A stretch of 64,000 bases of DNA from Octopus sinensis (taxonomy: Eukaryota), in assembly GCF_006345805.1 (NCBI RefSeq), contig NC_043003.1, positions 95,666,001 through 95,730,000 of the forward strand, in the 5' to 3' direction. Every line of letters starts with the position of its first letter. Positions within the stretch are counted from its first letter, which is position 1. The notes under the pieces are model-generated. The model did no database searches, was not told the origin of the DNA, and saw only the letters and a list, made by a program, of their open reading frames with translations. A program made the translations under genes and the position numbers. Of this stretch, positions 1-13,385 are shown piece by piece.

Positions 1-254
1 AACCTTTCCTCCAACCCTACTATCAACTGACCTAGATTGACTCAAGAAATGTCCTACACTCAAGAAGTTAGCTTCATATAAAGTAAGTCAACAAATGCAC
101 AAGCTAAGAATACAGGCATACGAAGTAATATAACAATGTTTTTAGGAATAACAAAGAACTGATCGATGTTAAACACCTAACCTGCTTGTTCATTGAATAA
201 TGGACAAAACCCTAACTAAAAAATACATAACACACACACACACACACACACACA

Positions 255-692
255 TAAGCACGCCTGTATGGCTGCGTGGTTTAGAATCTCACCTTACAAC
301 CACATGGCTTCAGGTTCAATTCCATTGCACAGCATCTTGGGCAAGTGTTTTCTACTATAGCTTTGGGGCCAACCAATGTCTTGTAAGTGAATCTGACAAA
401 CAGAAACTGTGTGAAAGCCTGCCATAAGTGTGTGTGGTGTGTGTGTGTGTGTGCATGCGTGCGTGCGTGCGTGCGTGCGTGCGTGTGTGTGTGTGCGTTG
501 TGTTGTTTGTCTCTTGCCACTGCCTGACAACTGGTGTTGGTTTATGTCCACATAACTTAGCAGCTCAGCAAAAGAAGCTGATAAAAAAGTGCCAGACAGA
601 AAATATGTATTGGGGCCAGTTTGGTCAACTAAATCCTTCAAGGCAGAGCCCCAGAATGGCAGCCCGTCAATGACAGGAACAAGCAAAATATA
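255..692 (+). mobile_element. SINE family A (tRNA-like head, internal microsatellite, AAAAGAGT-type tail), decayed copy
   Basis: Matches the many other copies in the window: head ...GGTTCAGTCCCACTG, CCTTGGGCAAGTG, GCCTTGTGAGTGGATTTGGTAGACGGAAACTG, then (TG)n and the tail. Confidence 0.8.
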
Positions 693-819
693 AATGAAGA
701 AAAAAATGCATTATACATATGCACGTGGGTGTGAATACAGATGATAAGCCTATCTCTAGCTATTGCTATTTAGCAAACAAAATGCATATACGCATGTGCA
801 TGTTGTTTGAGTACAAATT

Positions 820-851
<32 letters not shown>

Positions 852-853
<2 letters not shown>

Positions 854-1188
854 GGCGCATGGCTCAGTGGTTAGAGTGTCGAACTTACAATCGTGAGGTT
901 GTGAGCTCAAATCCCGGACTGGGCTGCGTGTTGTGTTCTTGAGCAAGACACTTTATTTCACGTTGCTCCAGTTCACTCAGCTGTAGAAATGAGTTGCGAC
1001 GTCACAGGTGCCAAACTGTATCAGCCCCTTTGCCTTTCCCTTGGATAACACTGGTGGCGTGAAGAGGGGAGGCCGGTATGCATGGGCGACTGCTGGTCTT
1101 CCATAAACAACCTTGCCCGGACTTGTGCCTGGGAGGGTAACTTTCTAGGTGCAATCCCATGGTCAATGTCGTGATCAAAGGGGGTCTC
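852..1188 (+). mobile_element. tRNA-derived SINE of a separate family
   Basis: A-box-like TGGCTCAGTGG and B-box-like GCTCAAATCCC, followed by a TTCTTGAGCAAGACACTT body; flanked by (TA)n; CpG-rich. Confidence 0.7.
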
Positions 1189-1699
1189 AGATATATATAT
1201 ATATATCACTCAGTTGTACATATACACATTCTGTTCTGTTTTGTGATTTACAATATTTTTCCTTTGCTTATTTCCACACAGACATAAATAGTAGAGTGGT
1301 GGAAATCTGTTGAGCCAATTTATACCTGTCTCGCTGTATGCAAATATAGCATAATTATTCTAAATATAATAGACAGATACATACACACACACAAAGAAAG
1401 AGGGTGAGAAAAAGGCAAATCAAATTCATAGAAAAATAGAGCAATAAATTTATTTCTTGTTTCTTGTTTAACCATTCTTGGGTAATATCACAAGTATGTT
1501 TCATTAATACCTGGAAAACAGGTTATCAAACATTGTATGATTTATTTTCCATAGCTGTCTGATATTAAATTCTATTACCAGTGACCACATACACTAAAGA
1601 AACAGGCTTTAGAAAGCCTTGCTTCTAATTCTTTCTACTACTAAAGAACATTCTGCCTGAGTTAATTTTTTTTAATTCATGACATCTGAAAATGAAAAG

Positions 1700-2500
1700 C
1701 TAAAGCAGTCAAGCAGAAAACAAAGTTGTTGAGTCTAACCAATTACATTATTCAATGACAGACTCCACAGTTCACAAAATCTGCGATCATTTACAGAGCA
1801 GACTAGATGATGGCCTCTGATGCTTTGATTTGACTAAGATACAATGTGTCTGAATTAGAAAAAGAATAGTATCACAAATGAGTTCTGATAAATTTTTTCC
1901 CAGAACATTTCTTTATTAGTAAAGATTCCTTGCTACAGCTGATGTCAACTTTCAGTGACAACAAATACAAATATCTGGAACTGATCTGATAAGCTGCTGT
2001 TAGTCTTAGCTAAAGAATCTAATCTTAGCTAAAGGATATAATTTTGAACAGCTCTTCAAGACAGTCACATAGTAAAGTTGTTTCTAGCAGATTTGCTTTT
2101 TATGACTTGGCCAAAAGTGGAAGGGCAAGGCCGCCAAGGCTTGTGGAGGAAAAGATGAATGCTTCACAGCTGGTTGCAGTAGGAAACAGCTCAATAAGAT
2201 CAGGTTATCCTCAGGCCAGAAACATTCAGAAACTTAACTCAAATATTTGCAATAGATAGGAATCCTCTAAAGATACCTAAAAGTTAGGTGGTGGTATGAA
2301 ACTGGTCAATAGATTAAGCGTACCGCCTCAAAACATGTACAGTTTGTTTAATGGGATTCTATGCAGCTTACTTCTACCCAAGGTGTTGCTTAGTGGGATC
2401 ATACCCAAACAGCAAAATGGTATCAACATAAGAGACAGTAATGATTCTAGTGCCAACTTTACTGTGATAGAAGTCTTTTGAGACACGTCTGAAGTCTCAT
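1700..2500 (-). pseudogene. Highly decayed L1/Tx1-like ORF2 C-terminal remnant
   Basis: Minus-strand peptide fragments across several frames: SGLRIT, SLGGLALP (GGLG-like, about 2121-2139), FWEKIY...F.FRHIV and HHLVC...RFCELW (zf-RVT-like). Many stops. Confidence 0.35.
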
Positions 2501-2631
2501 AAAACAGGTTTCTAATTATGGGCTTAATATATTTTCAAATTTTCCAACATCTTGTCTTTATGCTAAACATTGTCACAGATGTAAGGTAAATGTGGATTCT
2601 ATTCTCATCTTTTAATATTTGTTGCATATCA

Positions 2632-2838
2632 AAGGCAGTGAGCTAGCAGACACGTTAGCACGCAAGGTGAAACGCTTAGAGATATTTCATCTGTCTTTAC
2701 GTTCTGTGTTCAAAGTCCATCGAGGTCGACTTTGCCTTCCATCCTTTCAGGGTCGATAAATTAAGTACCAGTTGCATACTGGGATCAATCTAATCGACTG
2801 TCCCCCTCCCAAAAAATTTCAGGCCTTGAGTAGAAAAG
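2632..2838 (+). mobile_element. SINE family B' (Meta-domain-like core)
   Basis: Core GGTCGACTTTGCCTTCCATCCTTTCAGGGTCGATAAATTAAGTACCAG; 18-bp TSD AATATTTGTTGCATATCA at 2614-2631 and 2839-2856. Confidence 0.9.
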
Positions 2839-3622
2839 AATATTTGTTGCATATCAGTGTTCCTGGTTAGTTTTCAAGAACAAATGTTACACAAAATACA
2901 GAACAAATGTCATTCCTTAAAGGCATAGCTAGACAAAAAAAAAACATGAATTATTAAACTCAGAATAAAATCTAAATTTCTAAACTTAAATTGAATAAGA
3001 ATTCTCATAATTTAAAGATTAACACCAACAGTTTACAATGGAAAAAAAAATAATAATAAAGATAATTATAGAATATATATCAGAGATTAAAATCAACAAG
3101 AACAAAAGATATGTAGTTGATGAGAGAAAAATAATGCTAAAAATTATAAAAAGAAAACTAGTTGAAAATGTATGAAAACATTACGCAAATACCAAAACAA
3201 TAACATTGTATAAAAAGGATTTAAAATACATTAATGAGAGAGCTTACAAAAGCAAGTAGGAACAATTATTAACGAGCTATAAAAAAAACTTTTTCAATAC
3301 AAACCAGCTAAATAAATGAACGTTCATTCATTCTCTCTCCCTCTCTCTCTCTCCAATATAAAGCTAAGAAGAGATTACATTTAGAATTAAATCACCTGAT
3401 CTAGAGGAGCAGGTAGTCAGCTACCTACATAGTTTTTTAGATGCAATTTTTTTCCCCTCAAGAACATTGCCCTAAGGGAATGTTTTAACACAGATTGCAA
3501 ATGATTATCTCGAAGAGTATTTCAGCAAAAGTATGTAGTTAGTGTTCCAGGAACAAAATAAAAATCATATTTCTCTTTTTAATTTACAAAATAATACTAT
3601 CAAATCTAATATAGAATATACA

Positions 3623-3837
3623 CGTGTGTGTGTGTGTTGTTGTTGTTATTGTTATTGTTGTTGTTATTGTTATTATTATTATTATTATTGTTATTATTAT
3701 TATTATTATTCATTCTATTTTTCTGGACTGCAATGTTAGCTTGGCGATAACTATTAATACTATTATTATTATTATTATTATTATCATTATTATTATTATT
3801 ATTATCATCATCATTATTATTATTATTATTATTATCA

Positions 3838-3916
<79 letters not shown>

Positions 3917-3951
3917 CAGTATTATTATTATCATTATTATTATTATTATTA
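3623..3951. repeat. Compound (TG)n/(GTT)n/(ATT)n/(ATC)n microsatellite
   Basis: Visible directly; source of the poly-N and poly-I ORFs. Confidence 0.97.
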
Positions 3952-4168
3952 AGAATGCGGCAAGCTGGCAGAATCGTTAGCACACTGGGCAAAATGCTTA
4001 GTAGTATTTCATCTGCTGCTACAGTCTGAGTTCAAATTCTGCCAAGGTCGACTTTACCTTTCATCCTTTCGGGGTCAATAAATTAAGTATCAGTTGCATA
4101 CTGAGGTCAATCTAATCAACTGGCCCCACCCACCCAAAATTTCAGACCTTGTGCCTACAGCAGAAAGG

Positions 4169-4199
<31 letters not shown>

Positions 4200-4385
4200 T
4201 AAGGCAGCAAGCTGACAGAATTGCTAGCATGCAGGCCAAAACATTTAGCAGTATTTCGTTCATTGTTACGTTCTGAGATCAAATTCTGCCAGAGTTGACT
4301 TTGCCTTTCATCCTTTTGGGGTCGATAAATTAAGTACCAGTGAAACAATGGGGTCGATATAATCAACTAGTCTCTTCACCCATAT
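3952..4385 (+). mobile_element. Two tandem SINE B' copies (3952-4168 and 4201-4385) separated by (ATT)n
   Basis: Both carry the B core; (ATT)n lies before the first copy and between the two. Confidence 0.85.
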
Positions 4386-4419
4386 TTTTTCTGTTCACAG
4401 TGTATATAAAAAAAATTTG

Positions 4420-4870
4420 TTATCATTGTTTTAGTGCCCTCTTTTTCTTGCTTGCATGGGTTACATGAAATTCATTGAGGCAGATATTCTATGGCTGAAT
4501 ACCATTCCTGTTGCCAACACTCATCTGTTTCAAAGCAAGGTTAAATTTTCTCATGGCCAGACATGTTTCCATGACGGATTGAAAGGAAACTACACTGCAT
4601 GTATGGCAATGATGCTTGTTTACAATTATTGCACAACACCAAGATCACACACACGTGTGTGTGTGTGTATACAAATATAAACACATACACATACATACAT
4701 ACAAACATAAACACACACATATATACAACAGGCTACCTTCAGTTTCCGTTTATTAAAATCCACTGACAAGTATTTGGTTAGTCCAGAGCTTTAGTAGAAA
4801 ACACTTGCCCAAGGTGCCATGCAGTGGGACTGAAATCAAACTGATTTGAAGGGCAACTTCACCACACAGT
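4420..4870 (-). mobile_element. SINE family D (A-type head with an RTE-like (GAT)n tail module)
   Basis: Head at 4740-4870 matches family A; tail module matches the copies at 6.7, 29.4 and 33.3 kb. Confidence 0.65.
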
Positions 4871-5144
4871 TTTATATCTATAAACATATTTAGATAAATT
4901 AAAATACAAAAAAAATTTTTGATTTGAAGAAAGTTAAAATACTTAGTAATCATTATCACAGACCATATCTAAAGAAAAGATACTCGATCAATTGGCATGT
5001 GATCAATTGCAAACACACTCCAGCATCTGACCCATAGACATACTGTCTCTTCTCTCTGCCAATTCTAACAAATCATCTCCAGTCAAACAATCTCAGCTTA
5101 ATGTCTTGCCTCTTCTGAGTATCCACTCAGTGTCTACCAATACT

Positions 5145-5717
5145 ACCATGTCCTCATAATAAGATGAAAGGCAATGTTATGCCTCCATTCATCTTCCCAC
5201 ACAGCTTCAGACACAACACAGAAGACTATATCAAGCATCCGGAGGAGGTAGTGCTGCCCTAGGTGAAGAGGGTGGCTGCTGGAAGACCCTATGTCAAGCA
5301 ACAGGACTCTGCACCATGCCACACAAGCAGGAGAACCCAGTTGTGGCTGTCAGACAATTTCTATGACCACATCATCCCTAACATCTGGCCACTTAACTCC
5401 CCAGATTGCAACCGCCTTCATTATTATGTGTGGGGTGCAGTTGATCGAGAGACCAACAAAACTCCTCCAAAGATGACAGCACTCACCAACTTAAACAAGG
5501 AGACTGTCCAGAAGAGTTGCAGGAGATTCCGAAGTTCTCTGGAGGCCATGGTTGAAGTCAATGGCGATTTTATTGAATAAATTTACTTTTTAGTAGTTCA
5601 AGATTTGGTTTTTTTTTTGTAATTTTGGTAAATATATGTGTTAAAACAAGATAACAAGATGTCAGTGTTATTTTCATTTTTGTATAATTTAGACAACAGT
5701 TTATTCACCACACCCTG
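5145..5717 (+). mobile_element. Tc1/mariner transposase 3' half (DD37D/maT-like) with right TIR, inactive
   Basis: ORF 5263-5580: QQDSAPCH...WPLNSPDCNRLHYYVWG, with 37 residues between the second D and the position of the third D (here H). Ends in CACCACACCCTG. Confidence 0.85.
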
Positions 5718-5760
<43 letters not shown>

Positions 5761-5900
5761 GTTAATCTAATTGCCACTTACAAGGCTCTGGTCAGCCCAA
5801 GGCTATAGTAGAAAAGTCTTGCCCCAGATGCCACACATTGGTACTGAACCTGGAACCATCTGGTTTGGGAAGCAAACTTCTTATCATGCCTGCACTTTAA

Positions 5901-6111
5901 CCCTTTAGCATTTAAACCGGCCAAAAATATTCTGCCTGTTTTATGTTCAAACTGGCCAGATCTGGTCTCTCACACCAACCCAACAATATCATCTTAAAAA
6001 TTAACAGCTACCTCATCAAAATCTCATAGCTACAAGATAATGCATGATTAGTTCAAAACAATGTGGATAAAAAAGGATTAATTTTGGCAGAATAATGCGA
6101 ACACTAAAGGG
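5901..6111. mobile_element. piggyBac-derived MITE
   Basis: TTAA on both sides (5897-5900, 6112-6115); termini CCCTTTAG...CTAAAGGG. A second copy lies in the opposite orientation at 25492-25713. Confidence 0.85.
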
Positions 6112-6699
6112 TTAAATAGAGGGGAAATATATTATATGAGTTAATTTATTATAATATATGTTAAAAATAAGACAACTTTGTGAAGCTGAGTTCTGAAATG
6201 ACCAAAAATCACTGACACTAAAATTACTTTATTCCACCTTGTGGAAATGCAATGAGTTCCGACATATTATTGATTTCTCTAATATACAAAAATCAAATAA
6301 TATGCCAAATGTATGACAACCAACTTATTAAATGAATTCATGTTAAAAAAAAATTCTAAAAAAAAAAAAACTAATCAAAAAACTACTGAATGAACAATTA
6401 CAATTATAATGCTCATAAATAATAAACCTTTATATATGAAATTTCAGTACTATAATTATCAAGCAGGAAATCAACATGGAACAGTAGGTAGGTACTAAGC
6501 CAGCTCTTCTTTATATTAACTAATATAATTAAAATAGACTGTTCAATTTATTTTCAAAATATTCAGAAAGGTACCTGAAATACTGTGCAAAAGTGCAAAA
6601 AGTGCCACAAAAATATCAAAAAATAAGTGAGAAATTATGTAAAAAATACACTAATTAGGGCGGAGAGTCACAACTGAAGAGTCCATAACTATGTAATAT

Positions 6700-7380
6700 T
6701 ATCATTATCATCGTGATTTTAATATTCCCTTTTCCATGCAAGCATGGGTCAGTTGGAGATTATTGAGGCAGACTTTCTATAGCAGGATGCTCTTCCCATC
6801 ACAAACCCACATTTGTTTCCAAGCAAGGTAATATTTCCCAGTGGCCAGACATGCTTCACAGAATATTGGAAATTAATTACACAGATTCTATGACAGTGAC
6901 AGTTATGATCATGTACAACTATCACACAGTGTGAAGTCAAAGAGACACAAATATACACACAAGGCAGCGAGCTGGCAGAGACGTTTGCACACCGGGCGAA
7001 ATGTTTAGCGGTATTTCGTCTGCCGTTACGTTCTGAGTTCAAATTCCACCGAGGTTGACTTTGCCTTTCATCCTTTCGGGGTTGATAAATTAAGTACCAG
7101 TTACACACTGGGGTCGATGTAATCGACTTAATCCCTTTGTCTGTCCTTGTTTGTCCCCTCTATGTTTAGCCCCTTGTGGGCAATAAAGAAATAACAAATA
7201 TACACACACATGCACACACAGGATTCTTTCAGTCTCTGTCTCCCAAATCTGCTCACAAAGCTTTGGTCAGCTTGGAACTATAGCAGAAGATGCTTGCCAA
7301 AGCTGCCACGTAGTGGGATTGAACCTGAAACCATGTGGTCATAAAGCAAAATTCTTAGCCATACAGCTACACCTGCACCT
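6700..7380 (-). mobile_element. SINE family D, interrupted by a family B SINE
   Basis: Head at 7210-7380, tail module at 6700-6960. Confidence 0.7.
6962..7193 (+). mobile_element. SINE family B
   Basis: Complete B consensus; 15-bp TSD ACAAATATACACACA at 6947-6961 and 7194-7208. Confidence 0.9.
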
Positions 7381-10078
7381 TAGAAAAAAAATTCAGCTTA
7401 GTGTGGCTCGTCTCTCTTCAAGTTCTACCAAAGTGAGTATTGAACCTGGCACTGGAACTAATAATTCACTTATCAATTTTATAATGGTATCAACACAGGG
7501 TGGGGTGGTGACTTATGTAATTAAGCCTCAAGTGAGGTCTGATCAATTAAAATTATGATCAAAGGCATTGCAGCCATAACTATTCCATCATATTTTCAGG
7601 TAACATAATCCTACATGTTTTTCCTTATTTAAAAAAATATATGTTAGAGTGTAATTTGAGAAAAATTTGGCTGTTATTTCTAAACAGTCAATTAACCACA
7701 GGGAGGCTCTATCATACTTGTAGGCTTACTATGTCTTTTAGAAAACTTACTCTCACTGTATCAGTATCTATGTTTATGAAACATTAATATCTAACATAAA
7801 TATTTTTATAAGTATCGTTTAAACAAAACAAATGGTTATTAAAATGGTGTGCAAACTCTCCTTCAGCTACTCCAGCATACAAAAATTAGCACTTTTTAGG
7901 AGGAACCTTTATGATAATGATGATGATGATGATATATACATGTTTGGTTTGCTTCATGTAAGAATGTTGTCGTCTTAATCAAAGCATCTTATCTTGATTA
8001 CTTATGGGTTAACTTCTTGTTATCTCAATCTATTACTTGTGTCTATTAAGAAATATAAAACCACAGATAATGTCTAGTTTATATAAAGGCTCAACCTTTT
8101 GAATGAAACCAGACTTGTGTGTATATGTGTGTGTGAGTATGTGCACATGTTGAGCGTGTTTAGTGTGTTGTGTGTGGTGTATATGTATGTGTGTTTATGA
8201 CATTCTCAGCATAAGTGAAATAAAACAATCCCAACGATGTTTTCAAACTTGGTTAGTCTCAACAAAACAGTAGGGAGATGTATTCACATACCACTGAAGG
8301 CACTAGGCACCATTCTACAGTAAATTGATGCATACATGGCAAATTAAGATCATCATTGTAAGCTTATTGTCTATTACATTAAAATATTGCAGCTCCCAGC
8401 AGTAAAATATAAATTCCCCCATGGTAACCATTGAGCAAGGCCCACAATAAGATAACTATCAATGCCAGAGAAACAGAGTAGAGTACCATAATGGAATGTA
8501 GTAACATCACCCTTCCAGCCAGCAAATCAACTGCTGTTATTACCTGTTATCACCTGTAAGAGGATATTGAGATTCATAATTGCCTACTCACTTTTCTCTC
8601 TTCCACATTACACAGTTTACGAGGCTTACACAGTTTATCTGACTAAAATATAAATAGGTACCATTTCAAAATTAGATTGGTGGGTTGAACGTGGTTATTA
8701 AGAGAGATTGATTATCATTAACACAAAAAGTATCTAAGTTAATTGATGATTGGCAACTCAACACTAATCTTTGGCATTGCAAACAAGATTAAATTGTTTC
8801 TCAAGTGTACAGTCATTCAGAGGATTAATACTGTTTTAAGCTCCCCTGTCTACTCCAAGACAAATAAATTAGCATTTTTACATTTTTTTTAGTTTCATTA
8901 AGCATCTCAGTTGAATAAGACTTAGAGCCAAGTGGTTAGATAACATTTTAAAGTTTCAGGATAAAATCTCAGTGAGGTCTGGGAAGGATATCCACTCACA
9001 GAAACTAAGTCAAAGCAGGCGTTGGAGTATCATGCAATCCTCTGACCCAGCAGATCTTGTCAAACCATCTAATCCTTGCCAGCATGGACGACAGATGCTT
9101 AATGATGATGGTGGTGGTGGTGGTGGTGGTGGTGATGATGGTGATGGCAATGATGAACAATGCTGGATGAGGAGAGGCCATACTGAAATTCTGAACAACT
9201 TATATTTAACTCGTTTGATGATAATTATCATCATGATAATGATAGTAATTAATTTTCAATCAATATATAGTTGTTGATATGCATTGATTCTGATCATTTA
9301 TTAATTTCAAGCTGTAATATTTGTGAACAATAGTGCCCTCGATTACAGGTTTCCCATCAGGCCAATCACTGGTTCGCTGCCTCTTTTGATGGCTGGAGTG
9401 ATAAAGAATTGTCTGTAATATAGCGAGTGCATCTCAAGGGACTTCATTCTGAAAGCAACAGAATAGTTGGTTTACTTGCTGCCAAATACACCAAATACAC
9501 CCTTCACTGATGTGCAATACACAACACCCACATAAATTACACACACACACACACACACAGACTAACACTTTAATGGAAAGAGAATCTTAATGATTTGGAC
9601 ATCAATCCTTCATCATAAGAGAAAAGCAGGGGAAGGAGTGTGAGAAAGAATAACAGTCAGTGAGAGAGGGAAAAAAAGAAACGTAGAATTATGAACCAGG
9701 TGCAAATGCAGTTCCATGGAGACAGAGTGGGGATTTAATGAGGTGGGGGGTGCAGTTGTGTACGTGCAAGTACAGGGATGTGTTTTTGTCTGGAAGCAGG
9801 CAGTGGTGGCAGATGTGTGTAGACATATGCAAAAAGTTTTCATCAGTAAAATTCTACTCACAAAGTATTAATCAAACCAAAATCATAGCTAGAAGACATT
9901 TGTCCAAAGTGCCATTCATTGGAATCAAACCTGAAACTATATAGTTGCAAAGAAAACTTCACTTCTTAACCACACAGCTAGAACTGCACCCATATACAGC
10001 AGTGGGATTTCTGATATTTCAAAATTCTATTTAAGTTGTATGATAGTTTAGTAATAATAGAATTCTTTCCTCCTCCTC

Positions 10079-10119
<41 letters not shown>

Positions 10120-10669
10120 GTTTTATATATTAAATATTTAAGAATGTTACGTGTTCTCTTGAAGGCCACTGTTAAATGTTAGTTAGTTTTGAACCAAGCA
10201 TGAGTCCTGATGTTTTAAGATACTTCACTGTTGATATAAGTTTAGGCTTAATATATATGAGCTTCCCCGAGGTCTCGTGAAGAGCTTGGTAAAAAACTGT
10301 GTTCGGGAATTTCTCTGTATTCAAATTAATAATTGTGAACCAGTTTTTGACAATTTCATTATTTCTGTGTATGAGTGCATGTATTAGGATGATGTCAGTC
10401 AATGCTGTTATATTTACATGCAAGTTTGTTATATCTATATATAAGTTTGTTGCCCTCTGTAGTTATAATCTGATATGGAGTAGCAGGGAGCTATATTGTA
10501 CTAGTCTAACAATAACTCACATCAAAAATATAGCACAAGTAACATGTACTTATCTACAAATATTTTTGTAAATATCTATGTTGTGTGTAAGAAAGGAGGT
10601 AGACAGACAGCCAAGTACTCTTTTACTTATTTTAGTCATTGAAAGGTTTTAGTTAATGAAATTCCCCCA

Positions 10670-11175
10670 GTAGTTTTTCTTTTAAAAACGTTTGGTACTT
10701 ACTCCATCAGTTCTGTTTGCTGAACTGGTAAATTACAGAGATATAAACAAACCAACACCAGTTGTCAAGCAATGCAAGGTGGGGTGGGGACAAACACAAA
10801 GACAGGACATAAGCTCTAACACAGTTTCCATCTACCAAATCCATTCACAAAGCTCTTGCCTGCTAGAGGCTACAGTAGAAGACACTTGCCCAGGGTGTAG
10901 CAGCACAATGAAATTGAACCCAAAACTACGTGAATGTGACCACAAGCTTCTTAACCACTCGGCCATCCCTACACCTATCAGCACCATCATCATCATTTAA
11001 CATCTGTTTTCCATGCTGTGATGGGTTAGATGGTTTCACAGGGGCTGGCCAACCAGAGACGTGCCCAAACTCCATTTGTCTGTTCTGGCATGGTTTATAC
11101 AGCTGGATGCCCTTCCTAACACCAACTACTTTACAAATTGTGATGGGTGCTTTTTACATGGCACTAGCACAAATG
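10670..11175 (-). mobile_element. Decayed SINE A (10670-10975) next to an RTE 3'-UTR fragment C (10985-11175)
   Basis: Similarity to other copies in the window; GCTGGATGCCCTTCCTAA motif. Confidence 0.7.
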
Positions 11176-11264
11176 CCTCTATGTGACTCCAGCATGAGTG
11201 CTTTTCAGCATGTATATGTAGGCATAGGCATGCATATATATATATATTTAGGCATGTGCATGTA

Positions 11265-11299
<35 letters not shown>

Positions 11300-11304
<5 letters not shown>

Positions 11305-11620
11305 AATAAAAATTTATATATAAAGAATGTGAAATACACGAAGGGACGAACACGGAAAACAGACAAGTCATTCGAAGCCTTCAATCTTCAGTCAGAAACC
11401 GAATCATCATAGCAAATTTCGACTGATTAATTCTGATATTTGCTCCAACTCGGCCAGCCCCAAGGAAAACACTAAGCTGTGAGCATTAGATTTCTTGGTA
11501 GAAGGAAAGAATGTAAACTCAACAGAGACGAATATAAATACAAGAAACAGAACAAAATTGAAAACAATAATGGTTAAAAACAGGATAACAGCGGGTGTCT
11601 TACGACTTTAGAAAATTTAG
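11300..11620. repeat. CpG-rich probable interspersed repeat of unknown class
   Basis: CpG-richer than its flanks and starts after a (TA)n tract; no second copy in the window. Confidence 0.3.
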
Positions 11621-11777
11621 CAAACACCAGAAACATAAGCGAGCAAGACAAATGAAAAGTAACAAAAATATAGATTAATCATAAACAATGTTTCACTATT
11701 AACAGAATTACGTAATTTTACTTACGCAATTTGTCTACTTCTAGCATTAGGGTGTCCACATAGTGGTAATGCCTCTC

Positions 11778-11814
<37 letters not shown>

Positions 11815-11909
11815 AGTTCAGCAACAATTTAGATTCAAATGAATATGGCACTTAATTTAGATGCACCAGAATTTTTTATGTTGTTACCCATAAAAATATG
11901 CGGGGTGAT

Positions 11910-12250
11910 TATAATCAAAAATAAGCAACAAGAATGAATCCGGTAATTTAGTACAATTGTTTCATACTACAACATTTTATTAAAAGCTGTAAATATTACA
12001 GCAGATTTAAGATGCCGAGTAATCTTCAGCTAATTTTATATAGGTTTTCCAATAATATAAAGTTCTCAGATCAATTAATAACAACTTAGGGAATTAATAA
12101 CATCTTATTGGAAAACCTATATAAAATTAGCTGAAGATTACTCGGCATCTTAAATCTACTGTAATATTTACAGCTTTTAATAAAATGTTGTAGTATGAAA
12201 CAATTGTACTAAATTACCGGATTCATTCTTGTTGCTTATTTTTGAGTATA
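11910..12250. mobile_element. Foldback/MITE-like element with 146-bp inverted arms
   Basis: 11910-12055 is the reverse complement of 12105-12250 with about 2 mismatches; 49-bp spacer; TA at the ends. Confidence 0.85.
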
Positions 12251-12567
12251 TATATATATATGCCAAATATAATCAAGAAAGCATATCAGAGGCTGCATAG
12301 GTTGCATGTATATGAGCATATTTGTTTACATGTGAGAAAAAGAAAGCAAATGTTTGAGAGAAATGAGAGGGAAGTATATAAAGAAAGTGAATCAAATAAA
12401 CAAATACTAGTTCACGCCAACATATCAGAATCACAATTACTCACACATGTTGACGGTAAAGATACAGTAAAGATAATCTAATCCATTGCAAGGTTTCATC
12501 AGTCAGCACTTATTATCAAATACATAAGCATTTCTTATGAAAAGATATATTTTTTGTCTCGTTGCAG

Positions 12568-12876
12568 CAATGGTTCCCAAAGTGGGTGGTAATGCCCCCT
12601 CTTGGGGTGTGGGGGTTGGGTGGAAAGATCCGGGTGTGGGTGAGGGGTGTTGAAAAAAAGTGGGGCGATAACAGGGCAGCCAAAAGGGAGCAATGGATGG
12701 AGAAACTAAAATAATGGGTCAATAAGGTTAAGTTTTTGTGAAAAACAGTTGTTTTGAATTTGCTTCAGAAAGTGGTCTATGTTTGTGGTGGTGAGCTGTG
12801 GGAGGATGGGGGAGCACTAGGAATGTGATCTGGGGTGCCAAGGGGACAGCAGCCTGAAAATGTTTGGGAGCCACTG
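12568..12876. mobile_element. hAT (Charlie-like) MITE
   Basis: TIRs CAATGGTTCCCAAA / TTTGGGAGCCACTG; decayed 8-bp TSD CGTTGCAG / CATTACAG. Confidence 0.75.
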
Positions 12877-13014
12877 CATTACAGGTTGCTTGTCCCAACT
12901 AGAAAGTAAGCCATGTTGCAGTCACCAACTTTATGATATATAGAATGCTCTTCAAAGATTCCCTGTGAAAGCTGAAAGGTGCAGCATTATAAGATCACTA
13001 AAGCCTTTTTATGT

Positions 13015-13385
13015 CTTTTATCTGTTACTTGCTTTAGTCATTAGACTACAGCCATACTGGGGGCACCACCTTGAAGAATTCTTAGTAAAGGAATTGACCT
13101 TTGTACTTTTTCCTTTTTTGAAAGCCTGGTACTCGCTCCATTGATCTCTTTGCTAAACTGCTAAGTTGCAGGGACATAAACACACCAACACTGGTAGTCA
13201 AGTAGTGGGTGACACACACACACACAATGAGTTTCTTTCAGTTTCAGTCTACTAAATCCACTCACAAAGCTTTGGTTGGCTTGAAGCTACAGTAGAAGAC
13301 ACTTACCCATGGTGCCATGCAGTGGGACTAAACCTAGAACCACATTGTTGGGAAGCAAACTTCTTACCACGCAGCCATGCCTACG
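13015..13385 (-). mobile_element. SINE family A
   Basis: Full-length reverse-complement match to family A. Confidence 0.85.

Noticed and set aside
852-930. tRNA genes at SINE heads
   Set aside because: Only A/B-box-like motifs are present, no complete cloverleaf, and they run directly into SINE bodies.
3606-3992. Poly-Asn and poly-Ile ORFs (likewise 58331-58660 IYIY and 63698-63989 poly-H/S/D/M)
   Set aside because: These are read-throughs of microsatellites with no coding signal.
7800-7900. Penelope GIY-YIG-like fragment YAGVAEGEFAHHFNNH (minus strand)
   Set aside because: A single short motif with no adjoining RT or second motif; cannot be distinguished from chance.
8300-8645. Minus-strand exon or membrane-protein candidates (SDKLCKPRKLCNVEERK; VITAVDLLAGRVMLL...)
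   Set aside because: They are built on short local tandem duplications, the frames do not join consistently to neighbours, and there is no recognisable homology.
11385-11420. Hammerhead ribozyme (CTGAAGA...CGAA on the minus strand; also CTGATGAG at about 42540 and 63650)
   Set aside because: No stem II or GAAA core in the right geometry, and no supporting stems I and III.
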